From contig CM074819.1 in assembly GCA_037447605.1 (NCBI GenBank), positions 186,001 to 250,000 of the forward strand: DNA of 64,000 nt. Reading direction: 5' to 3'. The translations under genes and the position numbers were made by a program. Position 1 is the stretch's first letter. Each line of letters starts with the position of its first letter. The notes under the pieces were generated by a model. That model worked only from the letters and a program-made list of their open reading frames with translations, ran no database searches and was not told the DNA's origin. Positions 47,320 through 63,600 of the stretch are shown piece by piece. This stretch comes from Zygnema circumcarinatum SAG 698-1b. Its lineage: Eukaryota; Plantae; Zygnematophyceae.

Positions 47320-50300
47320 AGTTATAGCGGCCGGCCAGCGTGCTGCGGAACAGTAAAAACCCTATTTGACTGTCATTCTAGAGCATGCACAATGAACTGG
47401 AGTCGACATAACCTGGCTCGTAGCGGATACCGCAAACTAGAACAAATATAACTGAATCAGAAGTCACACCAACATCTATAAAGTGTGCCCGCTGCTGAGA
47501 CGACGTTAGGGAAAAACCAAACCTTTAAAAGATTCTTCTGCCCCCGGTGCCTTGTTCTTATCAGGGTGCACTTTCAGTGACAACTGCAACAAGGAAAGGC
47601 CCTTAAAATCAGTTCTGCACCATATATGATACCAGAAGTGTACGATTTACACCCTTGGGTATAAAGCCTATATCCTTAAACTCCTTATACACTTAAAATC
47701 GGAAACGATGTTCCAATACCATTCTTCCTCTAGTGACCTCCAGATTAAAAGCTGCAGCTTTCTGCGCATTCACTTTTCACTTGCCAGAAATCACATAGAT
47801 GAGCATACATAAGATGTCAAAATGAAAAAAGTCATGCTGTCATCGATAGAGCACAACAAGATCTCTAATAGGAAGATGTTCGGTTTCCAGGCCATACAAA
47901 GCTTTATAACAGAAACAGAAACAGAAACAAAAAAATCCTTTTACTCAAGACACGTTCTCCATAAAGCTCCTCGAACGGGAGTCCTCCATTAGTATTCCCA
48001 CTAGGACAAATTGCACAGTGAGACGATCATACCAGATCACCAAACGCATATGCTTCAAATTCAAACCACATTTGCTCCGTTTATATATTCTAGCTACATG
48101 CTTCATTTACAACTAAACACAATAAATTGGGTCCTACAATGGGTTAACTTTTCTAGGGTTGAAATTGGATATAGAGTCTTCAGATATCCATGAATGTCAA
48201 CAACCAGCTGTCATCACAAAAAGTTCACAAGGCCAGCTATACAGACAGACATCCCATTGATAGCGTCTACAGTATGGCTTACGAAACAAGACAAGGGTCA
48301 ACCATTCATTTAAAAAGGCTACGCAGACGCTCCTGGGTGAACAGGTCAACACGATTTTCGAGTCCTGGCACTTTTCAGATAGCGAGGAAAACCCATAGAC
48401 GATTCAAAATTAGTGCACCTGCAAAACAGTCGCAAAGATGCCACCTCTAGATTGACTTGGGAAAAATGACAATCCGATCCATACATGAAGGAAAGAAGTC
48501 TGCACATACCTTCCGATATGCTTTCTTGATCTCCTCTTCCGAACTACTCTTTGACACCTCCAAAATTTCGTAGTAATCAGTACAGCGATTTATGCGTTTT
48601 AAACCACGCCGCCGCTGTCTGTGGCGTAGCACGAAGTGCAGATGTCGCACCCATCAGGACTCCAAGACTCGGTGGCTTGCTGGATTCCTTTGTCCAGAAG
48701 TGTACGCGAGGACCTACCGGCATAATTCTCAAGATAACTAGCACCTCTCATCTAAGAAACAGCTGATCACAGTTAAAACAAAGTATGTAACAGGCTGCAA
48801 AATAAGGCAAACGAATTCGCAATTCGGGCAGCACAATGCGTTGGATTGCTGAGTTGGCCGACAAATGCATCTACATCCACATCCACGTCCCGCAGAGACG
48901 GGCAAGCAGGGGGACGCACAGCAGCGGAGTCCGCGGTGGGCGCAGCGGCGGCGGAGGGCCTGCGCGGCGAGGCGGGGGCGGGGGCGGTGGCGGGGGCGGG
49001 GGCGGGCGCGGGGCGGCGGTCCTGGAGGGCGCGGAGCTGCTGCGCGGCGGCGGCGGAGGGGAAGAGGCGCAGCGCCTTGGCGAGGAGGCGCTCGGCCCGC
49101 GCGAGGCTGCCCGCCGCGGCGGCCTCCTCCGCGAGGCGCGCACACCGCTCCGCCTCATCGCGGTTGCCCTCCATGGCCATGGCCGCCCGCCCACCGCTCG
49201 CAGAGAGCCGAGCAGAGCAGAGCGCAAGGGACGAACACTCACTACACTACACAATGCACTACAGTACACTACAGTAGGGGTGGGAGAAGTTTAGGCTTGG
49301 AGGCACGGTACCGGCCTAATTCGTACCCCGGCCCACGTGCCCCCCCCACCGTGACGAGGGGCATGCCCGGGACACGTGCCCCTTTTCGTGCCCCGTGACG
49401 TGACAACATACAACAGTTTTAGGGTAACTCTACTGCACCCCCGCGTTTTGTCTTTCGCACCCCCCTTTTGAAAGTTTTGCCTGCCCGTTTTGGTACCCCC
49501 CAGTTTTGAATATTTCGGGAAAAATTCTTTTTCCCGCCCCTCCNNNNNNNNNNGTATTCCCACTAGGACAAATTGCACAGTGAGACGATCATACCAGATC
49601 ACCAAACGCATATGCTTCAAATTCAAACCACATTTGCTCCGTTTATATATTCTAGCTACATGCTTCATTTACAACTAAACACAATAAATTGGGTCCTACA
49701 ATGGGTTAACTTTTCTAGGGTTGAAATTGGATATAGAGTCTTCAGATATCCATGAATGTCAACAACCAGCTGTCATCACAAAAAGTTCACAAGGCCAGCT
49801 ATACAGACAGACATCCCATTGATAGCGTCTACAGTATGGCTTACGAAACAAGACAAGGGTCAACCATTCATTTAAAAAGGCTACGCAGACGCTCCTGGGT
49901 GAACAGGTCAACACGATTTTCGAGTCCTGGCACTTTTCAGATAGCGAGGAAAACCCATAGACGATTCAAAATTAGTGCACCTGCAAAACAGTCGCAAAGA
50001 TGCCACCTCTAGATTGACTTGGGAAAAATGACAATCCGATCCATACATGAAGGAAAGAAGTCTGCACATACCTTCCGATATGCTTTCTTGATCTCCTCTT
50101 CCGAACTACTCTTTGACACCTCCAAAATTTCGTAGTAATCAGTACAGCGATTTATGCGTTTTACCAGCTCCACACTTTCCGCCGACACTTCTGTCTGTAG
50201 CGTCATAGCCCACGGTGCAGATGTCGCACCCATCAGGACTCCAGACTCGATTGGCTTGCTAGTTCTTTGTCAGAATATGCGCGTTGTAAAGGGACCTACC

Positions 50301-51129
50301 CAAGCATCATTCTCTCAAGATAACTAGCACCTCTCATCTAAGAAACAGCTGATCACAGTTAAAACAAAGTATGTAACAGGCTGCAAAATAAGGCAAACGA
50401 ATTCGCAATTCGGGCAGCACAATGCGTTGGATTGCTGAGTTGGCCGACAAATGCATCTACATCCACATCCACGTCCCGCAGAGACGGGCAAGCAGGGGGA
50501 CGCACAGCAGCGGAGTCCGCGGTGGGCGCAGCGGCGGCGGAGGGCCTGCGCGGCGAGGCGGGGGCGGGGGCGGTGGCGGGGGCGGGGGCGGGCGCGGGGC
50601 GGCGGTCCTGGAGGGCGCGGAGCTGCTGCGCGGCGGCGGCGGAGGGGAAGAGGCGCAGCGCCTTGGCGAGGAGGCGCTCGGCCCGCGCGAGGCTGCCCGC
50701 CGCGGCGGCCTCCTCCGCGAGGCGCGCACACCGCTCCGCCTCATCGCGGTTGCCCTCCATGGCCATGGCCGCCCGCCCACCGCTCGCAGAGAGCCGAGCA
50801 GAGCAGAGCGCAAGGGACGAACACTCACTACACTACACAATGCACTACAGTACACTACAGTAGGGGTGGGAGAAGTTTAGGCTTGGAGGCACGGTACCGG
50901 CCTAATTCGTACCCCGGCCCACGTGCCCCCCCCACCGTGACGAGGGGCATGCCCGGGACACGTGCCCCTTTTCGTGCCCCGTGACGTGACAACATACAAC
51001 AGTTTTAGGGTAACTCTACTGCACCCCCGCGTTTTGTCTTTCGCACCCCCCTTTTGAAAGTTTTGCCTGCCCGTTTTGGTACCCCCCAGTTTTGAATATT
51101 TCGGGAAAAATTCTTTTTCCCGCCCCTCC
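47320..51129 (-). repeat. Two further copies of the 5' part of the J-protein gene (47320-49543 and 49554-51129), probably contig overlaps
   Basis: Each copy starts right after a 10-N gap. 47320 matches 45324 and 49554 matches ~45998. They are near-identical except for a noisy ~150 bp at 48590-48740. Confidence 0.8.
50878..50995 (+). mobile_element. Non-autonomous end related to the hAT at 28679 (also duplicated at ~49292)
   Basis: TAGGCTTGGAGGCACGG resembles the TIR TAGGGTTGGGGGCACGG. The interior ccttttcgtgccccgtgacgtgac is the reverse complement of ~32440-32463. Confidence 0.65.
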
Positions 51130-51289
51130 NNNNNNNNNNGCGCCTAGCTGGATGGTGTGCTGTCCCGTGGGCCGCCAACAAATGGCGCCGCCGTCTCGCA
51201 TTTTCCGTCGGCAATTCTTGGATCAGGCCGGTCCGTGACACTGAATATGAACATGTCAAGTACAACTGAACGGGCGCGGATCCGTCGCA

Positions 51290-51638
51290 CGTAGCTCCGT
51301 TACGCTACACTTACGCAAAACTCACCTACAGTAATCTCCCTGCACTTGCCGCCGTACGAGGCGCTCACTCTTCTCCCCTTGTTCTTGGATTCGATACGAT
51401 ACGATACGAAACGCCTCGACACGGTACTATCCGTACTATCGTTATTTGCCATATAACCAATACGGTACGATGCGGTACGATATGCCAACAAACGATACGA
51501 TACGGTACGTACGGACACACATGAACTCTAACATAATTCCGCTCGCCTATTGGTAACACAGACCTGATATTTGCCAAAAACAATATTTTCGCCGGATATT
51601 TGCTAAAACCAGGTGGAAAATATGATGGGGTCCTACTG
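51290..51638 (-). mobile_element. Partial inverted copy of the MITE at 51936-52378
   Basis: cttacgcaaaactcacc, cgatacgatacg repeats and the end ggtggaaaatatgatggggtcctactgta match the reverse complement of that family. Confidence 0.65.
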
Positions 51639-51935
51639 TATTGGCGCCTTAGAGATTAGAGATTTCATCCGTACTCACCGTACAGCGGAATAGCGTGATC
51701 CATGCTCGAAAGTCGTTTTCGATTAACAGATTTTGTATTGAAAAATAGATCAGGTTAGGTTAATACCCCTAAATACATTAACACTGACTAAAAAAAAAAA
51801 AAAAAAACCCACTGATTAAGTGCGGAGAAAAGTGGTTTCCTTCATGAACAATTCTCCAATCCTCCAATCAGGGCGAATTTCTTGGGTAACGAGAGTCCTC
51901 GGGTGAAAACTCTTACTGTAGAGTATCTTACTGTA

Positions 51936-52378
51936 CAGTCAGCAGTCCTCATATTTTCGCCATGGTTTTGGCAAATATGTGGCAAAAATCTTGATTTTGC
52001 AAATAGAAGGTTTGTGTTACCAATAGACGGGCAGTATTATGTTAGAGTTCATGTTGGACCGTGCGTATTGTACCGTACCATATCGTACAGTATCGTAATG
52101 TATCGTATCCTATCGTATCGTATCGAAGCTAAGAAGAAGGGGGGAGAAGAGCGAGCGCCTCTTATGGCGGCACGTGCGGGGAGATTAGGTGAGTTTTGCG
52201 TAAGCCCGTACCGGCTAGTACATCTAGTACGGATAGTACGGTTAGTACGGCTTGTACGAATAGTCCGGGTAGTACGGCTAACACAAAGTTACCGTACAAA
52301 AAGGTGGTTTCTGCAAAATCGGGGCAAATTTCTTGGGGACGCACAGTCCAGGGTGGAAAATATGAGGACTGCTGACTG
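51936..52378. mobile_element. Tc1/mariner-type MITE, 443 bp
   Basis: 23-bp TIRs CAGTCAGCAGTCCTCATATTTTC / GAAAATATGAGGACTGCTGACTG with a TA TSD on both sides. Related pieces occur at 6193-6212 and ~6310-6385. Confidence 0.85.
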
Positions 52379-52469
52379 TACTGTACTTAAAAAGTGCAAC
52401 CAAATGGTACCAACAGTACGGCCTGTTCGCCTCGACGTGGGAGTTCCTTGTGAGTCGTCATCGCACTGG

Positions 52470-52656
52470 CCGTGACGTGACGTGACGTGACGTACCGTAA
52501 TGCGCTGACGTAGGGGGCACAGTCGAAGGGGCACGGCTTTTCGTGCCCCGGCCACGGCCGATCGCATGCCCAGGCATGGGCCCCCACACGGGCATGCCCC
52601 CCACCCGGGCATGCCCCCCACCCGGGCATGCCCATGCCCCCGTGCCTCCAAACCTA
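52470..52656 (-). mobile_element. hAT-related right end with GGGCATGCCCC subterminal repeats
   Basis: It ends CCGTGCCTCCAAACCTA, a TIR variant of the 28679 family. Confidence 0.6.
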
Positions 52657-53795
52657 GCCCCGTGACGTGATAACATTTAGCAATTACAATCGGGACCGAT
52701 CGGGATTCAAATCGGCGACCTTCGGGTCTTCTTCTAGTGCCATGTTACTGAGCCTGGAAGATTTACCGTTAAAAGGCATCTTCTATTCGTCCGTACGTCC
52801 TTCGTTAACCGATTCCTTTGGTTGCCACAACTCTTCGCCTAATACCACATCTCTTCAACTTTGGTTCACTCCGTTGATTTTATCCAGGCACATTTGGTGG
52901 CCAACCCATCGTGAGATCCATGCAAAATCCCTTTTCATTTGTAAAACAAATGCACGAATAAGGGTGTGTTTTCATGTTCAAACGTTCATTGAAGTGAAAA
53001 AAGGCTGGCGTGGTTTAACCTTGCTATGCTGTCTCCCACTTTCTAACAGTTGAACGATTTGTGATGATGGACAATGAATTATTCGGGTCTCACCTTCATG
53101 CTCAAATAGAAAAATGGGGTGAACTAAAAATTGGAAAGATGACGCCGTCTTGCAGCGTTGCTGGCCTCCCTGTTAACACCGACCCCCTTAAAGCAGCTTT
53201 TCCGTATTCTTTTTTATGAAGCAAGCTTTGCACATGCTAGCTTTTCATGCACATCGTTTCAAACAGTGGCCTGGAGCATGCTACGCACGTGCTCATCTCC
53301 TTGTCAAATCGTTTCAATCTCCTGGCGGATTGTGCTGGCTTTCGTCCATCATTGGTGGGGCCTCAGAACGGGTCCAAGAAGCTAAATTCCGTGCCACACA
53401 CGACTATTCAAGACTGTTGTACGGCTATAGAGACCGTACAACTTATGGGACATAGTCTCTCTATGACATGAAGAACTTGGGCGCGGACGCCAAGCGACAA
53501 GGTTGGTCGCGCGGGCGCGGACGCAGGAAAGTTCTAAGTTAAGAAGTTCCGCAGGACGTGGCGGTGACGAACCGAACATTTGTTACGGGCGTCGACGGCG
53601 GCGGCCTTGGCGACGCTAAGGGCCTTGGAGGCGAGATGTGAAGGAGGGCGGCGTGACAAGTTGGCGGGGCCTTGGTCGGAGCCCCAGGCGGAAGCNNNNN
53701 NNNNNNNNNNNNNNNNNNNNNNNNNNNNNNNNNNNNNNNNNNNNNNNNNNNNNNNNNNNNNNNNNNNNNNNNNNNNNNNNNNNNNNNNNNNNNNN

Positions 53796-56700
53796 CTTTG
53801 TGAAACCCAACAGCAGCAGCCGCTCTTGCCCGCAAGCAGGCTCAGCAGGAGGCGCAGAGCCGGCCGGGAGCTATTCCGGGACTTCTGCCCGATGAGGTCA
53901 TATTGCCAGCTGTCGATGCTGTGGGTGAGGGAGCTGTGTCCTTAATCCACTTATCTTCGCTTTCCCTCTCGCTCTTCCCTTCTCCTTCTCTCTCTCTCTC
54001 CCTCTCCCTCTCCCGCTCCTTCTCCCTTCCCCTCTCTGCTTTTGGTAACCCTGTAACAACGAGAAATAAGGGATGTGTATTTCCTGGCCGGGCAGGAGTG
54101 AGCCTACTTCGTAAGATGGGGTGGCGACCTGGTCGCTCGGTGGGGCCCTCTCACGAAGTGGCGTCTAAAAGTGTTCGTAGAAAAGCGCGCAGAGCAATGT
54201 TGGCCCTTGCAGCGCCTCAAAGCACAGTTCCAGAAGCCGTGCAGAAGTTTCCTGGAGCTGAAAAAGCGCCGCAGAAAAAGATGTATGGTGCAGAACTTCC
54301 TCCAGAGTTCATGCAATCGCGGAAGGACATGGCGGAAGAAGAGAGTGGAAGGGAGAGACAGAGGGACGAGGAAGACGAAGAGGAGGGGGAGGAGGCGAAG
54401 GTTCCGTCCACGACGCCGGTCTACGTAGTTAAACCAAAGACTGATTTTTACGGCTTTGGATTCGATCCCTACAAGCAGGCCCCTGAATTTCGAGGTGGTT
54501 CTTTACCCAGGCTCAGGTGCCTTCTATCTAGTAACTGGTTAGTAGTTGATACGCACAGGGCTGACCCCTTTGATAAAGATCGTACCGTACTGCTGACTCT
54601 TGGAACGGGTCCTTTTCTATATGTCAACAGTCGATTAGGTAGTCCTGTTTTTACCAAGTAGCTTTTTTTAACAATTTCTAATTCGCAATGTCTCTTATGC
54701 TGTTACAGCTGCAAAGCAGAATGCCATACAATCTACTTCAGGTGGCTCGTCTCGCATTATAGGTTTGAGTACGGCAGGTAAAGGGGGCCTATTTAGACCA
54801 AGAGCAGGAACTATGGCAGGAGGATTTGGAATAGGAGCATTGGAAGAAGTCGGGGAAGAAGACGAAGATGTATATGCGCAAGGTGAGTACTTACCAACCC
54901 TATTCAATCAAGCATCCTTTCAGAGCGTGCAAACTCTAAAAACTCCAACATCACTCGACCCCTGCACTTGTCTACTTGCTTGGTTACTTTGATCCCTGCA
55001 GGTCCTTTGAGGAATAAATGAACTGAAGCTTGCCTTTCTTGGTTATGCTTATGACATTGCCCACTATGGAACTCGACGCAGACTTTGCAACTGAAGTAGT
55101 TTCATCGGATGAAGATGAGACTGAAAAAGAGCCCACAGGCAGGGGGGAGCCTACCACTTACTTCCCTTCCTCTATCCCAAAAGCGGAGATCGAGCGAGTG
55201 AAGGTGAACTCGTTGACAGGCTTCAAGCCAGGCTCTGTCGGTGGAGGTGAGATAAAGTGGTGAGTAGAAACATTTGGTTAACTTGATCTTGGGGTGCATT
55301 ACACCCCATTGCGAGAACAATTGATTAAAGGAAAAGAGAAAAAGATGAAAAAAAAATTACTATCGCCTGGTTGCAGGTATTCCCCTCCTGCAATTCCTCC
55401 TGATTTTGTCCCATTCCACCGATTTTCGTCCACTCGGAGCGAGTATGCAAGCTCCCTTACTGCTGTGATTCCCGACGCTGTTCCTCCCCCTACAGATCCC
55501 AACATTCGTACTGCAATTGAAGGATTAGCGGTTTTTGTAGCCCGCGGAGGGCAGCAATTTGAAGACATAGTGAGAGAGAAGCAAATGGGTAACTCTACAT
55601 TCAGTTTCTTATTCGGAGGGCCTGGAATGGAGTACTACACTCGGAGGCTTTGGGAGGTTCGACAGAAGCGGAGAGAGGAGGAGGGAGAGTGTGTGAGGGG
55701 AGGAGGAGAGAAGACAGGAGAGGGTAAATGTGGGAAGGAGGAGAGATTGGATGCTGAGCAGAGGGGAAGGCTTTTAGGGGAGAGGGCTCTTCCAAGAACT
55801 GAAGAGCCTATCACATCTCTTATTGCTCCAGAAGATAGACAGAGGCTTATGTCAGCCCTGGCTGGGCAGTTTGAGAGAGGAGTTCAGCAGGTTGGGAAGC
55901 AGAACCTTAACACCTTATAGTCTTCAATTGCCTGCATTGTGTTGAGTCTGGTTCCTTAAGTCCTAACGGAGTTTTTTGAACGAACGAAGTTCCTTAGAAC
56001 AAAGGTTTTTTGACGTTTTGCATGCAGGATATGGATGCTCATGCAGACATGCAGCCCTTCAAAGGAGACCTTGCAAAGCAGAAGCGCTTTGAAGAGTATG
56101 TTCGAGAGAAGGTTTCTGGGGGCCTCCGGATGCCTTCGTTGGGGAGTGCCGATACCCTCAGTCCCTCCGAGAGAGCCTCAGAAATAGCAGAATTTGAGAG
56201 AGCAGCCTCTATGGCGGTTCGAGCCCAGCCGACGAAAGCTGAGGGAGGAGTGGGAGGAAGCCAGGGCCGCTCAGAGCTTGCAGCCATGATGGAGTGCCGT
56301 TTCACTTCAGGCGGAGCAGAAGCCACAAAACTTCCGGTATGCTCTCTCTCCTCCTCTCCTTCCCTCTTGCTCTCAGTGGAAAGACTGATCCTCATGTTTA
56401 TCCTGAATGAATATCTTAAAAAACCAATAAGGCCCACATTCAGATCATGCAGTGCACAAACCGTGATTGTGCTGCCTGTTGTTTTGCATGAGGCTAGGCC
56501 GAATTGAAAGTCATTTTTTCCTTTCTTTCAACTGCATGCTGCAATGGATATGCTTTCACGAGTTTAACTGAATCTGCACACACTCTGTCTCTCTCTCGCT
56601 CTCGCTCTCGCTCTCTCACTCTACACTCTCACTTCTCTCCCTCTCAATCTGTTGCTCCAGGCAGGATTGGCATCTGTTGAAGACCTCCAAGTGCAGTCTC

Positions 56701-58354
56701 TATTCTCAGTTCCCTTGTCCGCTAAGAAGTTTCCATATAGAGAAATAGAACCATGGAGGCCTGTACCTCTTCTTTGCAAGCGGTACAATGTACCTGACCC
56801 TTTTGCTGGCAAGGTATTCATTCCATCGAAAACATTCGATGAATCCCTGAATGTAATACATTTTTTTATGCTACTGTACGAGTTCCAGTGTTCCTGTATT
56901 GCTGTTCCTTTCCTTCATCAATAAAGTCAATTTCAGTTTAACGAAGGGCAGCCTCTCGTCTGCAGGCTCCATCCCCTCCCAAGCCTCGCAGCAGGGTGGA
57001 CTCCCTCACTCTCACTCTCACTATGCCTCTTTCTGAAGTCTCTCCTACAAGAAGAGGTAGTGAGTCTGTTCCAACTTTGATGGCGCCCCCATTCGTTCCG
57101 GCAGAAGTTCAGAAATCATCTCCAGGATCAGAGAAAGAGGAGCGGAAAAGAGCAGGAGAGGGTGAATTAGGAGAGGCGAAAGTGGAGCTTATTCAGGACA
57201 AGCCTATCGACCTGTTCAAGGTGTGGCTCTATACAGAAATTATAAACTTTCTTAAGAATAACTTAATTCTTGTCTTGCCTTTCTTCTTTCTCTCTCTCTC
57301 TCTCTCCGCCTCCCCCCCTCGCTCTTTCAGCTCTTTCTTTTTTTCCGCTCTTTTTTTCTTTTAAGTTTGTCTATCTCCTCCCCTACTTGCAGGCAATTTT
57401 CTCGGATGAGGAATCTGGGGAGGAAGAAGATGAGGGTATGGAAGGAACTGGAAGCTTGAAGGAGGTAGAGAAAGAAAAAAGTAAAGCAGCAGAAGCTGCA
57501 AAAGCTGCTTTGAACCGGCTTGAAGCCAGTGACTTTTTGGAGTCCCTGGGAAGCGAACTGGGCCTTGAATTACCTCCCGCCCCGGCTGTTGATGTTCAGA
57601 CACAGGTTGATACTGCGATGAGGAAAGAGAGAGAGAGGGAGAAGAGAGAGAGATGGGAATCTAGGCCTCCCTCTGGCTCTTTCAAAGGAACTGAAGGGGT
57701 AAATTCTGGCAGTGTTGTCAGAGCAGAGGATACAGGAGAGGGTAGGAGAGCAGAGAGTGAGCGTGAGAGAGAGAAGCATGTTGGAGACAATGGAGCAGGT
57801 CCAGAAGGAGCTCCTTCTGGACATAGAAGAGACGATGGAGGGAGGGAGGATGCATTGGTAAAAGCCCCTTCTAGAGAGAGGCTTCATTCTGTGGGAGAAG
57901 GTGATGTGAAGGTGACAGAGCGTAATACAGACCTTCGTGAGGAGAGGGAGAGTGATAAAGGCGAGTTGTCGAGCACAGATGAGAGTTCGGATGAGAGAAG
58001 ACGGAGAAAGAAGATGAGGAAGGAGGAGAAGAGAGCACGGAAGGAAGAGCGAAGGGAGAGGAAACGACAAAAGGAAAAAGACAGCGATAGTCGGCGTGGA
58101 AAACGGAGAAAGGAGGAGGTAAGAAGAGAGTTGACAGGCCTTGGGAACCATTCGATGCTTGTTGGGCCACGGGAAAAATCAGTGAGGGTCATTGTGATTA
58201 AACCTTTTTTCTCTGTTCAATATAGACTTGAAGAGTTGACCAAAAAAGTTCTTGTGTTGGATATTATATCTCTCTTTATGGGTTGCTGGGGTCTTTATTT
58301 TGTTGGCTTTCGTTCTTTCAGGAGCGGCAAAAGCACAAGAGGAAGTGGTCGTAA
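53796..58354 (+). CDS. TGH: TOUGH / GPATCH1-type G-patch + SURP protein; the 5' exons lie in or before the 100-N gap
   Basis: Segments read RKQAQQEAQSRPGAIPGLLPDEVILPAVDAV-GVSLLRKMGWRPGRSVG (G-patch), VYVVKPKTDFYGFGFDPY, GGFGIGALEEVGEEDEDVY, SURP (IRTAIEGLAVFVARGGQQFEDIVREKQMGNSTFSFLFGG..YYTRRLWE), WRPVPLLCKRYNVPDPF, DKPIDLFKAIFSD and a K/R-rich tail. The last exon is 58322-58354. Confidence 0.92.
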
Positions 58355-58894
58355 CATGAAGACGGAGGCCTGCCAAATAGCACAAATGAAAGAAATTTGG
58401 GGAATAAAACGAGTTAAACTTGCGTGATTACGCTTACATAGCAAAAATCTTTTTTCTAGGAGTCAAACCTAAACCATGAATTGGAACAAAAATGTATGAC
58501 TTGTGTCAATGATCATTACAGCACCTTGTTCTTAAATGATTGACTGACTGCTTGACTAGTTTTCCATTATAAATGAACAAGCCTGCGATTTGTTTGATGC
58601 TAGCCTTTTTTTATTCCCCAGATTTTTTTTCATCTGTGCTATTTGGCAAGCCTGCATCTTCATGTTACGATCTCTTCCTTTTGTCCTTTTGTCGCTCCTA
58701 AAGGAACGAAAGCCAACGAAGTAAAGTACCCCATCAGCCCATAAAGTGAGATATACTACTCTTCGGGTCTATATTGAACAGAGAAAAAAGGTTTAATCAA
58801 TCACAATGACCCACACTGACTTTTCCCGTGGCCCAACAAGCATCGAATGGTTCCCAAGGCCTGCTCAGCTCTCTTCTTACCTCTTCCTTCCTCC
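58104..58894. repeat. Long inverted repeat at the TGH 3' end (arms 58104-58409 and ~58609-58894)
   Basis: Arm 2 is the reverse complement of arm 1 at about 85-90% identity by eye, with one ~30-bp indel. Confidence 0.92.
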
Positions 58895-59957
58895 GCATTT
58901 AAGCTTACGTGGCTCCGCTTAGGTCCCTTTCCTAATGCTGTCAGCAAAAACCTAATCTCGTCTCCAGGAGCCAAACCCAAACCATGAACTTTTGCTAGAA
59001 CAAAACTATATGACTTGTGTCAATGACCATTGCGGCACCTTGTACTTAAATGATTGAGGCCTGCCAAGAGGAAGACTACTTTTCTATCATAAATGAAAGA
59101 GCGTGCGATTTGTTTGATGCTAGCAAGGCCGATCAGTATGGAGCTTCAGCACACGCATAAGGGTGCATCATTTCAGGACAATCGCGAACCTCAGTGACAC
59201 TATCGAACTTTACTAACATTGTCGCCTGGTACACGACTAACCCCATATTGTTGCAAATTAATCTGTCAAAGGTCAATCTCCGCACCCCGACCTTTCCTCT
59301 TAATACGCTGCCAGTCCCAAAGTGACCTTTCCCCGTCAACACTGCACTTACCGAGCTAAGAAGTGGGGACCGACGTTCCAAACCCTCCTAGACCTAACAA
59401 CATAGCCAACCAACAGTCACTCCGATACATCAAGCATACACACCAGGCACAGTCTTCAAATATTGTTTATTACGAGGATAAACTTCTCTAAATATAAAAA
59501 CCGAAACTTGCCGAACTTCTCCACCCTTTGGTTTTCCCAATCACCTCTACTTGGCCGTCTTAACCTCCTGATTAGCAACTCCCTAGTCGATAGCACTAGT
59601 AAAGCTATAGTGAGTGGGAGAGGCAAAAGGAAGGCTGAAGCGTAGAAAGGGAGGGGAAGGGAACGACAAACGGGGAGGGGGAGCGATAGATGTCTGAGGA
59701 CGACGACGAGGGTGAGGCAGCAGGCAAAGGTCATGGAAAGCATGGAGAGGAAAGGGCACCAGGAGAAGGGTGTGAGGGGAGGAGAGATAAAGGGTACAAG
59801 AGCGAGGAAATGAGGAAAAGGAGAAATATTACAAGGGGCTGGAGTGAGAGAGAAGGGGGGGCGGGGGGGTGGGGAAGGAGGGAGAGAGAAAAAGGGGTGG
59901 AAGAGAGAGATCGGGAAAGGAAGGGAGAGAGAGGGAGAGAGAAAAAATAGAGAGTGA

Positions 59958-63600
<3,643 letters not shown>

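Noticed and set aside
53100-53695. ORFs before the 100-N gap as a separate gene
   Set aside because: This is where the TGH N-terminal exons are expected. The sequence looks low-quality, shows only faint resemblance to TGH, and gives no consistent frame.
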